This document shows positions 49,756 through 59,940 of a DNA stretch of 64,000 bases, piece by piece. The notes beneath the pieces are model-generated. The model ran no database searches. It saw only the letters and a program-made list of their open reading frames with translations, and was not told where the DNA came from. The stretch is from an uncultured Acidobacteriota bacterium (lineage in GTDB: Bacteria; Acidobacteriota; Vicinamibacteria; Fen-336): the NCBI GenBank assembly GCA_963720545.1, contig OY970399.1:2944001-3008000 (forward strand), given 5' to 3'. Position numbers and translations under genes: made by a program. The first letter of the stretch is position 1. Every line of letters begins with the position of its first letter.

Positions 49756-50018
49756 CCACGAGCGGCGGGAACAACCAGGCGTTCCTCGACGTGGTGTTCG
49801 CGGCGGACCGATCGTCCTTCACGATCCCGAAGCTCAAGTGGCGCGAACTGATTTTCATCCGCGCGCTGCGCCCGCGAGGCGGCTCATGGGTGCGCGATCC
49901 GTCGCGTTTCATGCCGGCGTTCGCGGCCGGCGATCTCCTCGCCGAGGGACAGTGCTACTCCGTCGTGGATGAAGGCGAGCGCGTCAGGATTTCGCCCTCG
50001 CCTTCGACTTCGACCTGA
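49752..50018 (+). CDS. Small hypothetical protein
   Basis: ATGA overlap with the upstream gene; 88 aa; genome-like codon usage. Confidence 0.55.
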   Translation: MTTSGGNNQAFLDVVFAADRSSFTIPKLKWRELIFIRALRPRGGSWVRDPSRFMPAFAAGDLLAEGQCYSVVDEGERVRISPSPSTST

Positions 50019-51078
50019 AGAAGGGTATCGGCAACGGCCGTGGCAGGCGCCGCCGCGCCGCCGCGAGTGCGGTCATCGCGGCGACCAGCACCAGGAACCA
50101 GCCGATCGCCGGCCAGACGTCGAGCCGGTTGCGCAGCTGCGGCGCGACGATCGCGCCGTAGACGATCTCGATGTGGATCCAGTAGACGAGCAGGCTCGCC
50201 TGTCCCAGCGTGCACACCAGGCTCCAGCCCTCGGCGAGCACTGTGCGGTCGAAGAGGTGCGCCAACAGCAGCAGCGCGAGCATGATGCCGATCTTGATGG
50301 CGACGTAGTTCGGGCTCGTCCACCAGAAGTCGTAGCGCGGGTAGGGAGCGACATCGAGCCCGTCGAGCAGCAAGGCGATCGGGATCGCCGCCAGCCCGGC
50401 GAACGCGAGCCGGGTGAGGAGCGGCATCTCGTCGTCGTGCTGCTCGCGGTAGCGCGAGACGACGAAACCGGTGGCCGCGCCGGCGGCGGTGTAGGCCGCC
50501 CACGGAAACATCGGGAACAGCGCGTTCGGGAAGCGCCCGCCGATATAGCCGCCGAGCCGCGCCGGCGTCCATTCCGGCCAGGGCCCGTCCCACGCGAAAG
50601 GCGTCAGCAGGGCGACCACCGCGGCGAGCCCCGCCGAGGCCAGCACCCAGAGGGATCCGTCGAGCCGCAGCACCACCACCGCGACGAGCGCCAGCGACAC
50701 GGCGATGCAGTTCAGCACGTCCACGCGGAACAAGTCTTCCCAGGCCGTGAAGCCGGAAGCGAAGTACATCCAGAGCCGGAACAAGACCGCAAATCCGAAC
50801 ACCATCGCGGCTCGTCCCAGGGCGCGCCGCGCGATCGCTTCGCTGCCTTCGCCGCGGCGCCGCGCACCGTCGGCCACGAGCGCCAGAGAGACCCCGGCGA
50901 GGAACAGGAACAAGGCGGCGGGATAGCCGCCGAAATAGCGCGAGTACCAGAAGAACGTGGTTTCCTTCGCCTCTTTGGTGAGCCACGCGTCGAAGGCGTG
51001 CGTCTGGATCATGAGCAGGACCGCGAAACCGCGGAGCCAATCTATGTAGCGGAGCCTGCGGCGAGAGCCGGCGGTCAT
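49984..51078 (-). CDS. DUF1624 / heparan-alpha-glucosaminide N-acetyltransferase-like membrane acyltransferase
   Basis: R...IDWLRG.AV.LMI..H, FLFLAG.S, FP.FPW, LGQASL..Y..H. Confidence 0.8.
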   Translation of the reverse strand: MTAGSRRRLRYIDWLRGFAVLLMIQTHAFDAWLTKEAKETTFFWYSRYFGGYPAALFLFLAGVSLALVADGARRRGEGSEAIARRALGRAAMVFGFAVLFRLWMYFASGFTAWEDLFRVDVLNCIAVSLALVAVVVLRLDGSLWVLASAGLAAVVALLTPFAWDGPWPEWTPARLGGYIGGRFPNALFPMFPWAAYTAAGAATGFVVSRYREQHDDEMPLLTRLAFAGLAAIPIALLLDGLDVAPYPRYDFWWTSPNYVAIKIGIMLALLLLAHLFDRTVLAEGWSLVCTLGQASLLVYWIHIEIVYGAIVAPQLRNRLDVWPAIGWFLVLVAAMTALAAARRRLPRPLPIPFFRSKSKARAKS

Positions 51079-51115
51079 GGAATTAATGCGCGATCCTACC
51101 GCTGTATACTCGGGC

Positions 51116-52573
51116 GTGCCGCACCCCTCCGAAAGCCAAGATTCCAACCTGGTGACAGCCGAAAACCTCGAGCCGAGGATTGTCCCGCGCGCGGAGCATC
51201 GGGTGTCGCGGAAGAACATCGACGAAGAGGCCCTGAAGGTCCTGTACCGCCTGAAGAGCCAGGGGTTCGTCGGGTATCTCGTGGGCGGCAGCGTGCGCGA
51301 CCTGCTGCTCGAACGCCGCCCCAAGGACTTCGACATCGCGACGAGCGCGCACACCCAGCAGGTGCGGCGCATGTTCAAGAACGCCTTCACGGTGGGCCGC
51401 CGCTTCCGGCTGGTGCACGTGAAGTTCGGCAAGAAGGTGGTGGAGGTCGCGACCTTCCGCAGGCAGACCGAGGTGGAGGAAGGCGCCGAGACGCTGATCC
51501 GCAGCGACAACACCTTCGGCACGCCGGCGGAGGATGCGTTCCGCCGCGACTTCACGGTCAATGCACTTTTCTACGACATCGCGAACTTCTCGGTGATCGA
51601 CTACGTCGGCGGCCTGCAGGACCTCGAGAACAAGCTGATCCGCGCCATCGGCGACCCGTCGGTGCGCTTCCGCGAGGATCCGGTGCGCATGCTGCGTGCC
51701 GTGGCGCTCGCCGCGCGCCTCGATTTCACCATCGACCGCGATTCGGTGGAGGCCATCCGCACGCTGCGCGGCGAGATCGCGAAGTCGTCGCCCGCGCGGC
51801 TGCTCGAGGAGTTCTACAAGATCCTGCGGCAGGGCGCTTCGCGGCGCACCTTCGAGCTGATGCACGAACTGGGCCTGCTCGCCTACCTGCTGCCCGAAGC
51901 GCAGACCGTGATGGACGGCTCGGGACGCGAGAGTTTCCTCGAGAGCCTCGAGCGGCTCGACGGTTATCGCCGCGCCGGCGCCTCGGCCGACACGATGTCG
52001 AACGCCGTCATCCTCGGCAGCCTGCTGGTGCCGCTCGGCATGTCGCTGCGCGTCATGGCAGTCAGGCGCCGCACCCACACGCGCGAGCAGGAAGCGGCGA
52101 TCGACGCGGCCGGCCGGCCCGCGGATCGCGTCGACGAAGATGCGCCGCCCGCCGCGGAAGAGCCGGTGGTCGACGTCGCGCGGGAAATGGCCGAGCTCGG
52201 CGCGCCGGAAGAGAAAGAACCTCTGGCACCACAGCCGCCCGCGCCGGTGGTGCTGCCGTTCGCGCGCCGCGACATCGACCGGCTGCGCCTCATCCTCGCG
52301 TCGCAGCCGCGGCTGCGCGACGTCAACCGGCCGCCAGCCGCGCAGCGCAGCCTGGCGGCGAAACCCTACTTCGACGAGGCGGTGCGCTGGCTCGAGATCC
52401 ATGGCGGCACTCGCGGCATGGAACTGAGCGCCCACTGGCGCAGCCTCGACGTCGGCGACCTGGTCGCCGAAGGCGGGCGCAGCGCGCGCGAGCCGGGCGA
52501 GCGCCGCCCGCGGCGGCGCCGCCGGCGCCGCGGCCCGCGTCCGGCGGGCGAAGGGCCGGCGACCAAGGAGTAG
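51116..52573 (+). CDS. pcnB: Poly(A) polymerase I (polynucleotide adenylyltransferase)
   Basis: YLVGGSVRD, PKDFD, PAP signature VGRRFRLVHV, RRDFTVNA, EDPVRMLRA, Arg-rich tail. Start uncertain (51077/51116/51152). Confidence 0.88.
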   Translation: MPHPSESQDSNLVTAENLEPRIVPRAEHRVSRKNIDEEALKVLYRLKSQGFVGYLVGGSVRDLLLERRPKDFDIATSAHTQQVRRMFKNAFTVGRRFRLVHVKFGKKVVEVATFRRQTEVEEGAETLIRSDNTFGTPAEDAFRRDFTVNALFYDIANFSVIDYVGGLQDLENKLIRAIGDPSVRFREDPVRMLRAVALAARLDFTIDRDSVEAIRTLRGEIAKSSPARLLEEFYKILRQGASRRTFELMHELGLLAYLLPEAQTVMDGSGRESFLESLERLDGYRRAGASADTMSNAVILGSLLVPLGMSLRVMAVRRRTHTREQEAAIDAAGRPADRVDEDAPPAAEEPVVDVAREMAELGAPEEKEPLAPQPPAPVVLPFARRDIDRLRLILASQPRLRDVNRPPAAQRSLAAKPYFDEAVRWLEIHGGTRGMELSAHWRSLDVGDLVAEGGRSAREPGERRPRRRRRRRGPRPAGEGPATKE

Positions 52574-52578
52574 CAGCG

Positions 52579-52866
52579 ATGCCAAGACCAGCGAAGCTCG
52601 ACGCAGCCGCAAGCAGCGAGGCCCTCAAGACCGTTCCTGGCTGGAGCATCACCGACCAGGGCGACGGCATCGAAAAACGCTACGAGTTCGAGAACTTCGC
52701 CGGCTCGCTTGCGTTCGTGAACCGCGTCGGCGCGCTCGCCGAGGCAATGGACCATCATCCCGACATCACGATCGAATACAACAAGGTGCGCTTGTACCTG
52801 AGCACCCACGACCAGGGCGGGCTGACCGCCAGCGATTTTGAACTGGCGCGGCGGATCGACGCTTGA
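52579..52866 (+). CDS. Pterin-4-alpha-carbinolamine dehydratase
   Basis: AEAMDHHPDI and STHDQGGLT..D..LA motifs; AAGGAG RBS. Confidence 0.9.
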   Translation: MPRPAKLDAAASSEALKTVPGWSITDQGDGIEKRYEFENFAGSLAFVNRVGALAEAMDHHPDITIEYNKVRLYLSTHDQGGLTASDFELARRIDA

Positions 52867-53711
52867 AGGCCCTCGTCATGGGCGCCGACGGCCGCCTGGG
52901 CCGCGCGCTCTGCGAGACGCTGGGCGGGCGGGTGGCGCTCGCCACCAACCGCCGCGACGCCGACATCACCGACGCGGACGTGGTGGAGCGCGTCATCGCG
53001 GCGCTGCGCCCTGACGTCGTTTACAACGCCACCGCCTGGAACGCCGTCGACGCCGCGGAGAAGAACGTCACCGAGGCGTTCGCGGTGAACGCTTCGGGAC
53101 CGCGCCACATCGCTGTGGCGGCGCGCCGCTGCGGCGCCACGGTGGTGCACGTCTCGACCAACTACGTGTTCGCCGGCGACCGCGCGGAGCCGTACGACGA
53201 GACCGACCCGGCGCTGCCGGGAACCGTGTACGGCATCAGCAAGCGCGCCGGCGAGCGCCTGGTGGAGACCTCCGGTGCGGAGCACGTGGTGGTGCGGACC
53301 AGCGCCGTGTTCGGCATTGGCGGCAGCGCCGGCAAGGCGCAGTCGTTCGTCACGCGCGTCGTCGAGGCGGCGCGCCGCGGCGAGGAACTGGCAATCGTGG
53401 ACGACCAGTTCGTGTGCGCCACCTACGCGAAAGACCTGGCGCGCGCCATCGTCGGCATCGTCGAGCGCGCTGGCCGCGGCACCTTCCACGTCACCAACAC
53501 CGGCATCACCAGCTGGTTCAATCTCGCGCAGACGGCTGTGCGCCTCGCCGGATTGAAGGGCCGCTCGGTGCGGCCGGTGAAGAGCGCCGACCTGCCGACG
53601 CTGGCGCGCCGGCCGATGAACACGCCGCTCGCGAGCGTGCGTCTCGGCCCGCTCGGCGTGCGGCCGCTGCGCTCGTGGCAGGAAGCGCTGCAGGAGTTCC
53701 TCGCCTCATGA
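52863..53711 (+). CDS. rfbD: dTDP-4-dehydrorhamnose reductase
   Basis: GADGRLG, VDAAE, STNYVF, YGISK, VDDQ motifs. Confidence 0.85.
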   Translation: MKALVMGADGRLGRALCETLGGRVALATNRRDADITDADVVERVIAALRPDVVYNATAWNAVDAAEKNVTEAFAVNASGPRHIAVAARRCGATVVHVSTNYVFAGDRAEPYDETDPALPGTVYGISKRAGERLVETSGAEHVVVRTSAVFGIGGSAGKAQSFVTRVVEAARRGEELAIVDDQFVCATYAKDLARAIVGIVERAGRGTFHVTNTGITSWFNLAQTAVRLAGLKGRSVRPVKSADLPTLARRPMNTPLASVRLGPLGVRPLRSWQEALQEFLAS

Positions 53712-54466
53712 TCCCGCTGCGCGACGACGTGCCCTCGCGCACGACACCGTTCGTGAACTGGGGGCTGATCGTCGCCAACGTCGTGGTGTTCGCCTACGAG
53801 TTGTCGATGGGCGCGCACATCGAGAGCTTCTTTGCGCAGGCCGCGGTGATTCCGTCGCTCGTCACCGGCGCCGACCGCGTGCTGTCGGCGGGCGATTTGT
53901 TGCGCGCCACCGTCGACCCTGGCCTCGGCGCGCGCATGCTGACCAGCATGTTCCTGCACGGTGGCTGGCTGCACCTCATCGGCAACATGCTCTATCTCTG
54001 GATCTTCGGCGACAACGTCGAGGACCGCCTCGGCCACTTCCGCTACGTGGTCTTCTACCTGGCCTGCGGCCTGCTCGCCACCTGGGCGCACATCGCCGCC
54101 GGGCCGCGCTCGCCGGTACCTTCGATCGGCGCCTCGGGCGCCATCGCCGGCGTGCTCGGCGCGTACATCACGCTCTATCCGCGCGCGCAGGTGGTCGGCA
54201 TCCTGCCGCTCGGCTTCTTCACCCAGATGGTGAAGCTGCCGGCGATGTTCTTCCTCGGGCTATGGTTTTTACAGCAGTTCCTCTCAGGCACGCTCGGCCT
54301 CGCGAATCGCGAGCAAGCCGGCGGGGGAGTCGCATGGTGGGCGCACATCGGCGGCTTCGTCGCCGGCGCGCTGCTGGTGTGGCTGTTCCAGAAACCGGAG
54401 CGCGCGCCGCACTCGCGCGACACGTGGTACCGCCGCTTCGTTGACAGTGGGCGGGGCGTTCGATAA
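53708..54466 (+). CDS. Rhomboid intramembrane serine protease
   Basis: MIPLRD, SMFLHGG..HL.GNM, GASGA, AHIGGF. Confidence 0.92.
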   Translation: MIPLRDDVPSRTTPFVNWGLIVANVVVFAYELSMGAHIESFFAQAAVIPSLVTGADRVLSAGDLLRATVDPGLGARMLTSMFLHGGWLHLIGNMLYLWIFGDNVEDRLGHFRYVVFYLACGLLATWAHIAAGPRSPVPSIGASGAIAGVLGAYITLYPRAQVVGILPLGFFTQMVKLPAMFFLGLWFLQQFLSGTLGLANREQAGGGVAWWAHIGGFVAGALLVWLFQKPERAPHSRDTWYRRFVDSGRGVR

Positions 54467-54469
54467 TCT
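54441..54469 (+). promoter_or_regulatory. Sigma-70 promoter of the tRNA operon
   Basis: TTGACA-17-TAATCT ending 18 nt before tRNA-Val. Confidence 0.65.
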
Positions 54470-54486
54470 CCGTCGTCTGGCCCGCA

Positions 54487-54561
54487 GGGCGGTTAGCTCA
54501 GCGGTAGAGCATCGGTTTTACACACCGGTGGTCACAGGTTCGAAACCTGTACCGCCCACCA
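54487..54561 (+). tRNA. tRNA-Val(TAC)
   Basis: Acceptor GGGCGGT/ACCGCCC, anticodon loop TTTACAC, TTCGAAA T-loop, encoded CCA. Confidence 0.95.
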
Positions 54562-54599
54562 CCAAGCTCGCCGCGGTCCTGATATTTCGTTTTCTCCGC

Positions 54600-54676
<77 letters not shown>

Positions 54677-54714
54677 ATCCTGAACAAATTGGCATTGCCC
54701 GAGGCTTGACCTGA

Positions 54715-55509
54715 TCAGCCCGGGTTGCGCCTCGACATCAGGAGGGCGACGCCGCTCAAGGCCAGGGCTTCGAACGCTCCGGCGGTTTCGAATGCGTGGT
54801 TCGGGCCGGCGAGCGCGCGTGGGATGTGGAGCATCAACACCCACAGGAAGATCATGAGGCCGGTGAGGGATGCCGCCAGGCGCGCGGTGCGGGGAACGAG
54901 GATGCCGATGCCTCCGGCGATCAGGGACACGCCCGCGAAGTAGGTCCAGAAACTGCGGTTGGGCATGTAGGCGGGGACGAGCTCGGTGACGAAGTCGCTG
55001 TAGACGAAGTGCTGCACGCCGCCGACGATAAGGAACATAGCCAGCAGGATCGCGCCGAGCGGCCGCGGTTTTCCGGCAAGCACTATTGCGCCGCCGATGA
55101 GTGCCAGCACCTTCAGCGGATTCGTCCACATGAAACCGCGGAGATACGGATGATCCATCCCCGCTGTCGCGAGGAGCGACGGAGCGCAGAAGAATACAAA
55201 CAAGAAGAGGAGCAGGGCGGCGAGGGCGGCGCCCCCCGCTCGCACCCTTCGGCCGTCGAGGAGAGCCAGTCCGATCACGACGAGAACAACGCCGACGATG
55301 TATGCGGCGAGCGGCAGAACTGGCATCCAGGCCTGGCGTGCCGGCACGAGCCTGATGAATTCCCCTGTAGTGAGCTGCATCGCGCCGGAGGCGAGAGTGG
55401 CCAGGCCGATGAAGTCTCTGCCGGCTGCGGTTGCGGAAATGGGGCCGAGGGTGGCTTCTTTGTCCAGGGCCAGAGTGTGCGCCTCGCAAACCGGCAACGT
55501 CAACGTCAC
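54715..55509 (-). CDS. DoxX-like membrane protein (two repeated units)
   Basis: Duplicated QH/QL-F...LVP...P...Y..G pattern; LHIPR; start uncertain. Confidence 0.7.
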   Translation of the reverse strand: MTLTLPVCEAHTLALDKEATLGPISATAAGRDFIGLATLASGAMQLTTGEFIRLVPARQAWMPVLPLAAYIVGVVLVVIGLALLDGRRVRAGGAALAALLLFLFVFFCAPSLLATAGMDHPYLRGFMWTNPLKVLALIGGAIVLAGKPRPLGAILLAMFLIVGGVQHFVYSDFVTELVPAYMPNRSFWTYFAGVSLIAGGIGILVPRTARLAASLTGLMIFLWVLMLHIPRALAGPNHAFETAGAFEALALSGVALLMSRRNPG

Positions 55510-55532
55510 GGCCCTGACGGTAAGGTTGGCCC

Positions 55533-56630
55533 ATGGCGTCTCCGTTTCAGGTGGTTCGCGGCACCGCGCATGCGCTTTTTGCCTATGACGTCGCGTGGGC
55601 GGTCGATCTCGACAAGGCGCAGCGGCTGCTGAACGTCGCGACCGAGCTCAGCATCAAGAGGCGGCCTCGGGCGTCGCAATATCTCGGCTTTCGGCCGCCG
55701 CCGCTGCGGATCGCGCAGGAGGCGCCGCCACTCGCGATCGGCGGGCTCGCGACCCACCCGCAGGTCGAGCTGCTGCTCTACGGCTTCGGCGCGGTGTCGG
55801 TCGGCTATCGGCTGGCGCTCGACGGCGCGCCGTTCGAGCGCCTGCTCGAGCTGAGCGACGCGCTCTACGACAACGCCGAGCTGCTCGCCGACTCGCGGCA
55901 GAGGGTCGAGGCGCTGGTGCGCGTGCTCGGTCCGGCACTCGAACGGCCGGGGGTCGCGGCGGCGGTCGAGGACTACGTCATCTACGGCGTCGAGAGCTGG
56001 GCGCCGGCCAGCACCGACGTCAACTGGCCGGCGCGCGACCAGGACCTGGCGCGCATCCTGCGCTGCGAGCGCGACCTGTTGTCGGCGCAGGAGGCGGCCG
56101 ACGCGGTGTCGCACTCGATCTCCTACAAGCCGGGCGACCTGGCGCTCGTCGACTGGAACGCCGCGATCCTGTTCGGGCCGGACACCGAGGACACCCGCGC
56201 CGTGCTCGAGTTCGCGAACGTGGCGCTGCTCGAGAGCCGCACGCTCGACGGCCATCTCGACCAGGCGCTCGACCTCGCCTACGACCGCGCGACGCCGAAG
56301 CCCGAGCGCTTCCGGTTGCCGGGTCTCTATCGCAAGGAGTCGTTCGAGATCGCGCAGATCCAGGTGGAGAGCGCGGTGCTCTTCGAAAGCGTCAACAACA
56401 CGCTGAAGCTGCTCGGCGACGAGTACCTGGCGCGCGCCTACCGCCTCGCGGCGGAGCGCTTCAACCTCGCGCAGTGGGAAGCGGCGATCCTGCGCAAGCT
56501 CGAGACGCTCGATTCGATCTACGGCAAGATGTCCGATCGCGCCGCGTCCATCCGCCTCGAAGTGCTCGAGTGGGTGATCATCGTCCTCATCGCGATCTCG
56601 ATCGCGATTCCGTTCGTTACGGGGCATTGA
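55533..56630 (+). CDS. RMD1/DUF155-like protein with C-terminal TM
   Basis: [34 protein letters not shown]. Confidence 0.7.
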   Translation: MASPFQVVRGTAHALFAYDVAWAVDLDKAQRLLNVATELSIKRRPRASQYLGFRPPPLRIAQEAPPLAIGGLATHPQVELLLYGFGAVSVGYRLALDGAPFERLLELSDALYDNAELLADSRQRVEALVRVLGPALERPGVAAAVEDYVIYGVESWAPASTDVNWPARDQDLARILRCERDLLSAQEAADAVSHSISYKPGDLALVDWNAAILFGPDTEDTRAVLEFANVALLESRTLDGHLDQALDLAYDRATPKPERFRLPGLYRKESFEIAQIQVESAVLFESVNNTLKLLGDEYLARAYRLAAERFNLAQWEAAILRKLETLDSIYGKMSDRAASIRLEVLEWVIIVLIAISIAIPFVTGH

Positions 56631-56796
56631 CGGCACGCGGCTTTGCGCTAGCTCTGCCGGTCGTGCCTTGGCCGCAGATGGGGTTGAATCGGCTGCGACG
56701 CCACCTCCTCGAAGACCGGTATCATCGCGCAGACCCCCGGGATCCTGGACACTATGCTCATCGGCCTTGGCGCGTGAGAGTCGCCTTGCGGCGCGC

Positions 56797-59178
56797 ATGA
56801 TCGGCGCCACGCTGTCCCGCTATCGGATCCTGAGCAAGCTCGGCGGCGGCGGCATGGGCGTCGTCTACGAGGCCGAGGACACGCGCCTTGGACGGCACGT
56901 GGCGGTGAAGCTGCTCCCCGATGGACTCGGCGGCGATCCGCAGGCGCGCGAGCGCTTCGAGCGCGAGGCGCGCGCCGCCTCCGCGCTCAACCACCCGCAC
57001 ATCTGCGTGCTGCACGAGATCGGCGAAGACCAGGGCCGGCTCTTCATCGTCATGGAGCTGATGAAGGGCCAGACGCTGAAACATCGGATCGGCGGCAAGC
57101 CGATCGCCGTCGAAGAGGCGGTCGAGCTGGCGATACAGGTGGCGGACGCGCTCGACGCCGCGCATGCGACCGGGATCATCCACCGCGACATCAAGCCCGC
57201 CAACATCTTCGTGACCGATCGGGGACAGGCGAAGCTGCTGGACTTTGGTCTGGCGAAGCAGACCGTCAAGCGAGCGCGGGTCGACGTCGAGCAGGCGACC
57301 GCGGTCCGGCCCACGGAGCTGACCGAGGCCGGCGCGCTGATGGGGACCGTGGCGTATATGTCCCCGGAACAGGCGCGTGGCAAGGACCTCGATGCGCGCT
57401 CCGACATCTACTCGTTCGGGGCGGTGCTCTACGAGATGGTGACCGGCGTGCTGCCGTTCGCGGCGGAGAGCACGGGCGAGATGCTGGCTGCGATCTTCAG
57501 CCAGGAGCCGGTCGCGCCGACGCAGCGCAACCCGCTGCTCCCCGCCGAGCTGGACCGGATCATCGGCAAGGCGATGGAGAAGGACCGGAGCCGGCGATAC
57601 GAGACAGCGGCGGAAATGCGAGCGGACCTGCTGCAGTTGCGTCGGGACAGCACCCAACCCGGCGCGGCGACGACCGACCGGCCGGCCGCGCCCGCCGCCC
57701 GCCCGCGACGGCGCGCCTGGTGGCTCGGCGCCGGCGCCGCCGTCCTGGCGCTCATGGCCGCCTTCTGGTTCGGCGGCGTGGCCATGCGGCCTGCGCCGCG
57801 GCCGCAGGTCGAGGCGCAGGCCGAAGGTCCGACGCTCGCGGTGCTGCCGTTCGTGGACATGAGCGCCGGCAAGGACCAGGAGTACTTCGCGGACGGCTTG
57901 GCCGAGGAGCTGCTCAACTCCCTGTCCAGGATCAAGGAGCTGCGAGTCACCGGACGCACGTCGTCGTTCCAGTTCAAGGGCAGAAACGAGGATCTGCGCG
58001 ACATCGGCCGCAAGCTCAACGTGGCGACGCTGCTCGAAGGAAGCGTGCGCCGGGCCGGAAGCCGGATCCGCATCACCGTGCAGCTCGTGAAAGCCGCGGA
58101 CGGGTTCCATCTTTGGTCGGAGACCTACGACCGGCAGATGGACGACATCTTCGAGGTGCAGGACGAAATCGCCCGCGAGGTCGCGGGCGCGATGCAGGTG
58201 ACGCTCCTCGGCAGGAAGGCCGGCGCAGCGGCGCCGAGCGGCGAGACCTACAACCTGCTGCTCGAGGCGCGTCACCTGTTGAAGCAACACGACCAGGCGA
58301 ACCGGCGCAAAGCCCAAGAACTCGTGGAGCGGGCGCTCGCTCGCGACCCGGCTTACGCGCCTGCTTGGGTGGATCTCGCGATCGTCTACATGCGCGACTT
58401 CGAGGATGCTGACACGCTCGTGGCGAAACAGGATGCACTGCGGCAGCAGCAGGACGCGCTCGCCAAGGCGCTTGCGCTTGACCCCGACATGGCGGAAGCA
58501 CATGCACGGATGGCGCGCGTCCATCGCCTGCACTGGGATTTTGCGGCGGCGGACAAGTCGATGCAGCGGGCACTCGTACTAGCACCCGGAGACGTGGACG
58601 TCGTGACCGCGGCCGCCGGCGTCGCCTCGAGCTTCGGCCGCTTCGACGAGGCGATCGCTCTGCAGGAAAAGGCGCAGAAGATGGACCCGCTCAGCAACAG
58701 CAACTGGTACAACCTCGCTTTTCGGTATCTCGCCGCCGGTCGCGCGACGGAGGCCGAAATCACTCTCAAGGAGCTGCTGTCGGAGGATCCGGAAGACGCC
58801 GATGGCCATGCGCTGCTGGGCGATGCGTATCTGGCCGAGGGACGTGCCGCCGAGGCGCTCGGTGAGTATGCAAAAGGCGACGAGTCCGACCGGCTGGCCG
58901 GTCGAGCCATGGCCCAGCACGCGCTGGGGCACGCCGATGCTTCACAGGCCGCGCTCCGCGAGCTGATCGCGAAATACGGCGAGCAGAGGAGGATGATCGC
59001 GGCGGTTCACGCGTATCGCGGCGAGACCGACGAAGCGTTCGCCAGCTTGGAACGGGCGTACCAAGAGCGCGATCCGGATCTGGTCTATCTCAATCCCAGC
59101 TACTTCCTCAGGCTGCTGCACCGCGACCCACGCTGGGCCGCGCTCCTCAAGAAGATGGGGCTGTCGCCGCGCGGCTGA
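56797..59178 (+). CDS. Hanks-type Ser/Thr kinase with TM, TolB-N-like domain and TPRs
   Basis: [37 protein letters not shown]...EYFADG; TPRs; ATG 56797. Confidence 0.92.
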   Translation: MIGATLSRYRILSKLGGGGMGVVYEAEDTRLGRHVAVKLLPDGLGGDPQARERFEREARAASALNHPHICVLHEIGEDQGRLFIVMELMKGQTLKHRIGGKPIAVEEAVELAIQVADALDAAHATGIIHRDIKPANIFVTDRGQAKLLDFGLAKQTVKRARVDVEQATAVRPTELTEAGALMGTVAYMSPEQARGKDLDARSDIYSFGAVLYEMVTGVLPFAAESTGEMLAAIFSQEPVAPTQRNPLLPAELDRIIGKAMEKDRSRRYETAAEMRADLLQLRRDSTQPGAATTDRPAAPAARPRRRAWWLGAGAAVLALMAAFWFGGVAMRPAPRPQVEAQAEGPTLAVLPFVDMSAGKDQEYFADGLAEELLNSLSRIKELRVTGRTSSFQFKGRNEDLRDIGRKLNVATLLEGSVRRAGSRIRITVQLVKAADGFHLWSETYDRQMDDIFEVQDEIAREVAGAMQVTLLGRKAGAAAPSGETYNLLLEARHLLKQHDQANRRKAQELVERALARDPAYAPAWVDLAIVYMRDFEDADTLVAKQDALRQQQDALAKALALDPDMAEAHARMARVHRLHWDFAAADKSMQRALVLAPGDVDVVTAAAGVASSFGRFDEAIALQEKAQKMDPLSNSNWYNLAFRYLAAGRATEAEITLKELLSEDPEDADGHALLGDAYLAEGRAAEALGEYAKGDESDRLAGRAMAQHALGHADASQAALRELIAKYGEQRRMIAAVHAYRGETDEAFASLERAYQERDPDLVYLNPSYFLRLLHRDPRWAALLKKMGLSPRG

Positions 59179-59205
59179 TCTGGCGTCCTTTCCACCCGAC
59201 CATAA

Positions 59206-59898
59206 CTAGAAGATGACGGCGCCGCCCGCGACGCCGAAGCTGCCGCGCAGGCACGCGGTCGGTGCCGTCGAGCAGACGTTCGACGAGTGCTCCTTGCAGT
59301 CGCCCTGGCCGCCGCGCTCCTTGGCCTCGCACTTGAGCCCGTAGGGATAGTTCGGATTGCTGACGCAGTCCGAGCAGCCCGCGATGTCGACGCCCAGTCC
59401 GCCGCCGCCGATCATGCGTGCCTGCACCTCGTCGCGCGTCTGCGGCAGCGGCACCGGCCAGGTCCAGCGGATGAGGAACGTGTCCGATTTTTCCTCCGGG
59501 CTGTTGCCCGCGACCACCGGCAGCGCGCTGTCCTTCACCGCATCCGCAAGGCACGCGACCGCGGCCGCGTCCTGCCCCTCCTTGAGATTCGAGCGCGTGG
59601 CGGCCACCTTCGGCGCAACCCACTTGTCACCCGACTTGGTGAAGGTGAAGTCGACGGCCACCAGGCCCTTGGCCTTGATCTTCGCGAGGCAGCCCTTCAG
59701 CTTCGTCGTCTTGACGAGGCCGGTGAAGTAAGTGTGTACGCGCGTTTCCGCGTCGGCGACACTCTCGCTATAGACGGGCGTCGGCACCGGCGAGGGTTTG
59801 GGCTCGGGGGTTGGGCTCTGTTGCGCCTGCGGCGTTCTGGTGCAACCGGCGGCAGCCGCGAGGACGAGCGCGGCGAGACCCAGCTTCATGTGCCTCAT
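59206..59898 (-). CDS. Lipoprotein with Cys-rich C-terminus
   Basis: LAAAAGC lipobox, Pro-rich linker, GGAGG RBS, six Cys in the C-terminal ~55 aa. Confidence 0.75.
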   Translation of the reverse strand: MRHMKLGLAALVLAAAAGCTRTPQAQQSPTPEPKPSPVPTPVYSESVADAETRVHTYFTGLVKTTKLKGCLAKIKAKGLVAVDFTFTKSGDKWVAPKVAATRSNLKEGQDAAAVACLADAVKDSALPVVAGNSPEEKSDTFLIRWTWPVPLPQTRDEVQARMIGGGGLGVDIAGCSDCVSNPNYPYGLKCEAKERGGQGDCKEHSSNVCSTAPTACLRGSFGVAGGAVIF

Positions 59899-59940
59899 CG
59901 AGGTTGCCTCCCTGGAATGGTTGCCGCGACTATAGCGCCG

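Noticed and set aside
56630..56650. Sigma-54 promoter before the kinase (CGGCACGCGGCTTTGC)
   Set aside because: GG-to-GC spacing is one base too long for the strict -24/-12 geometry
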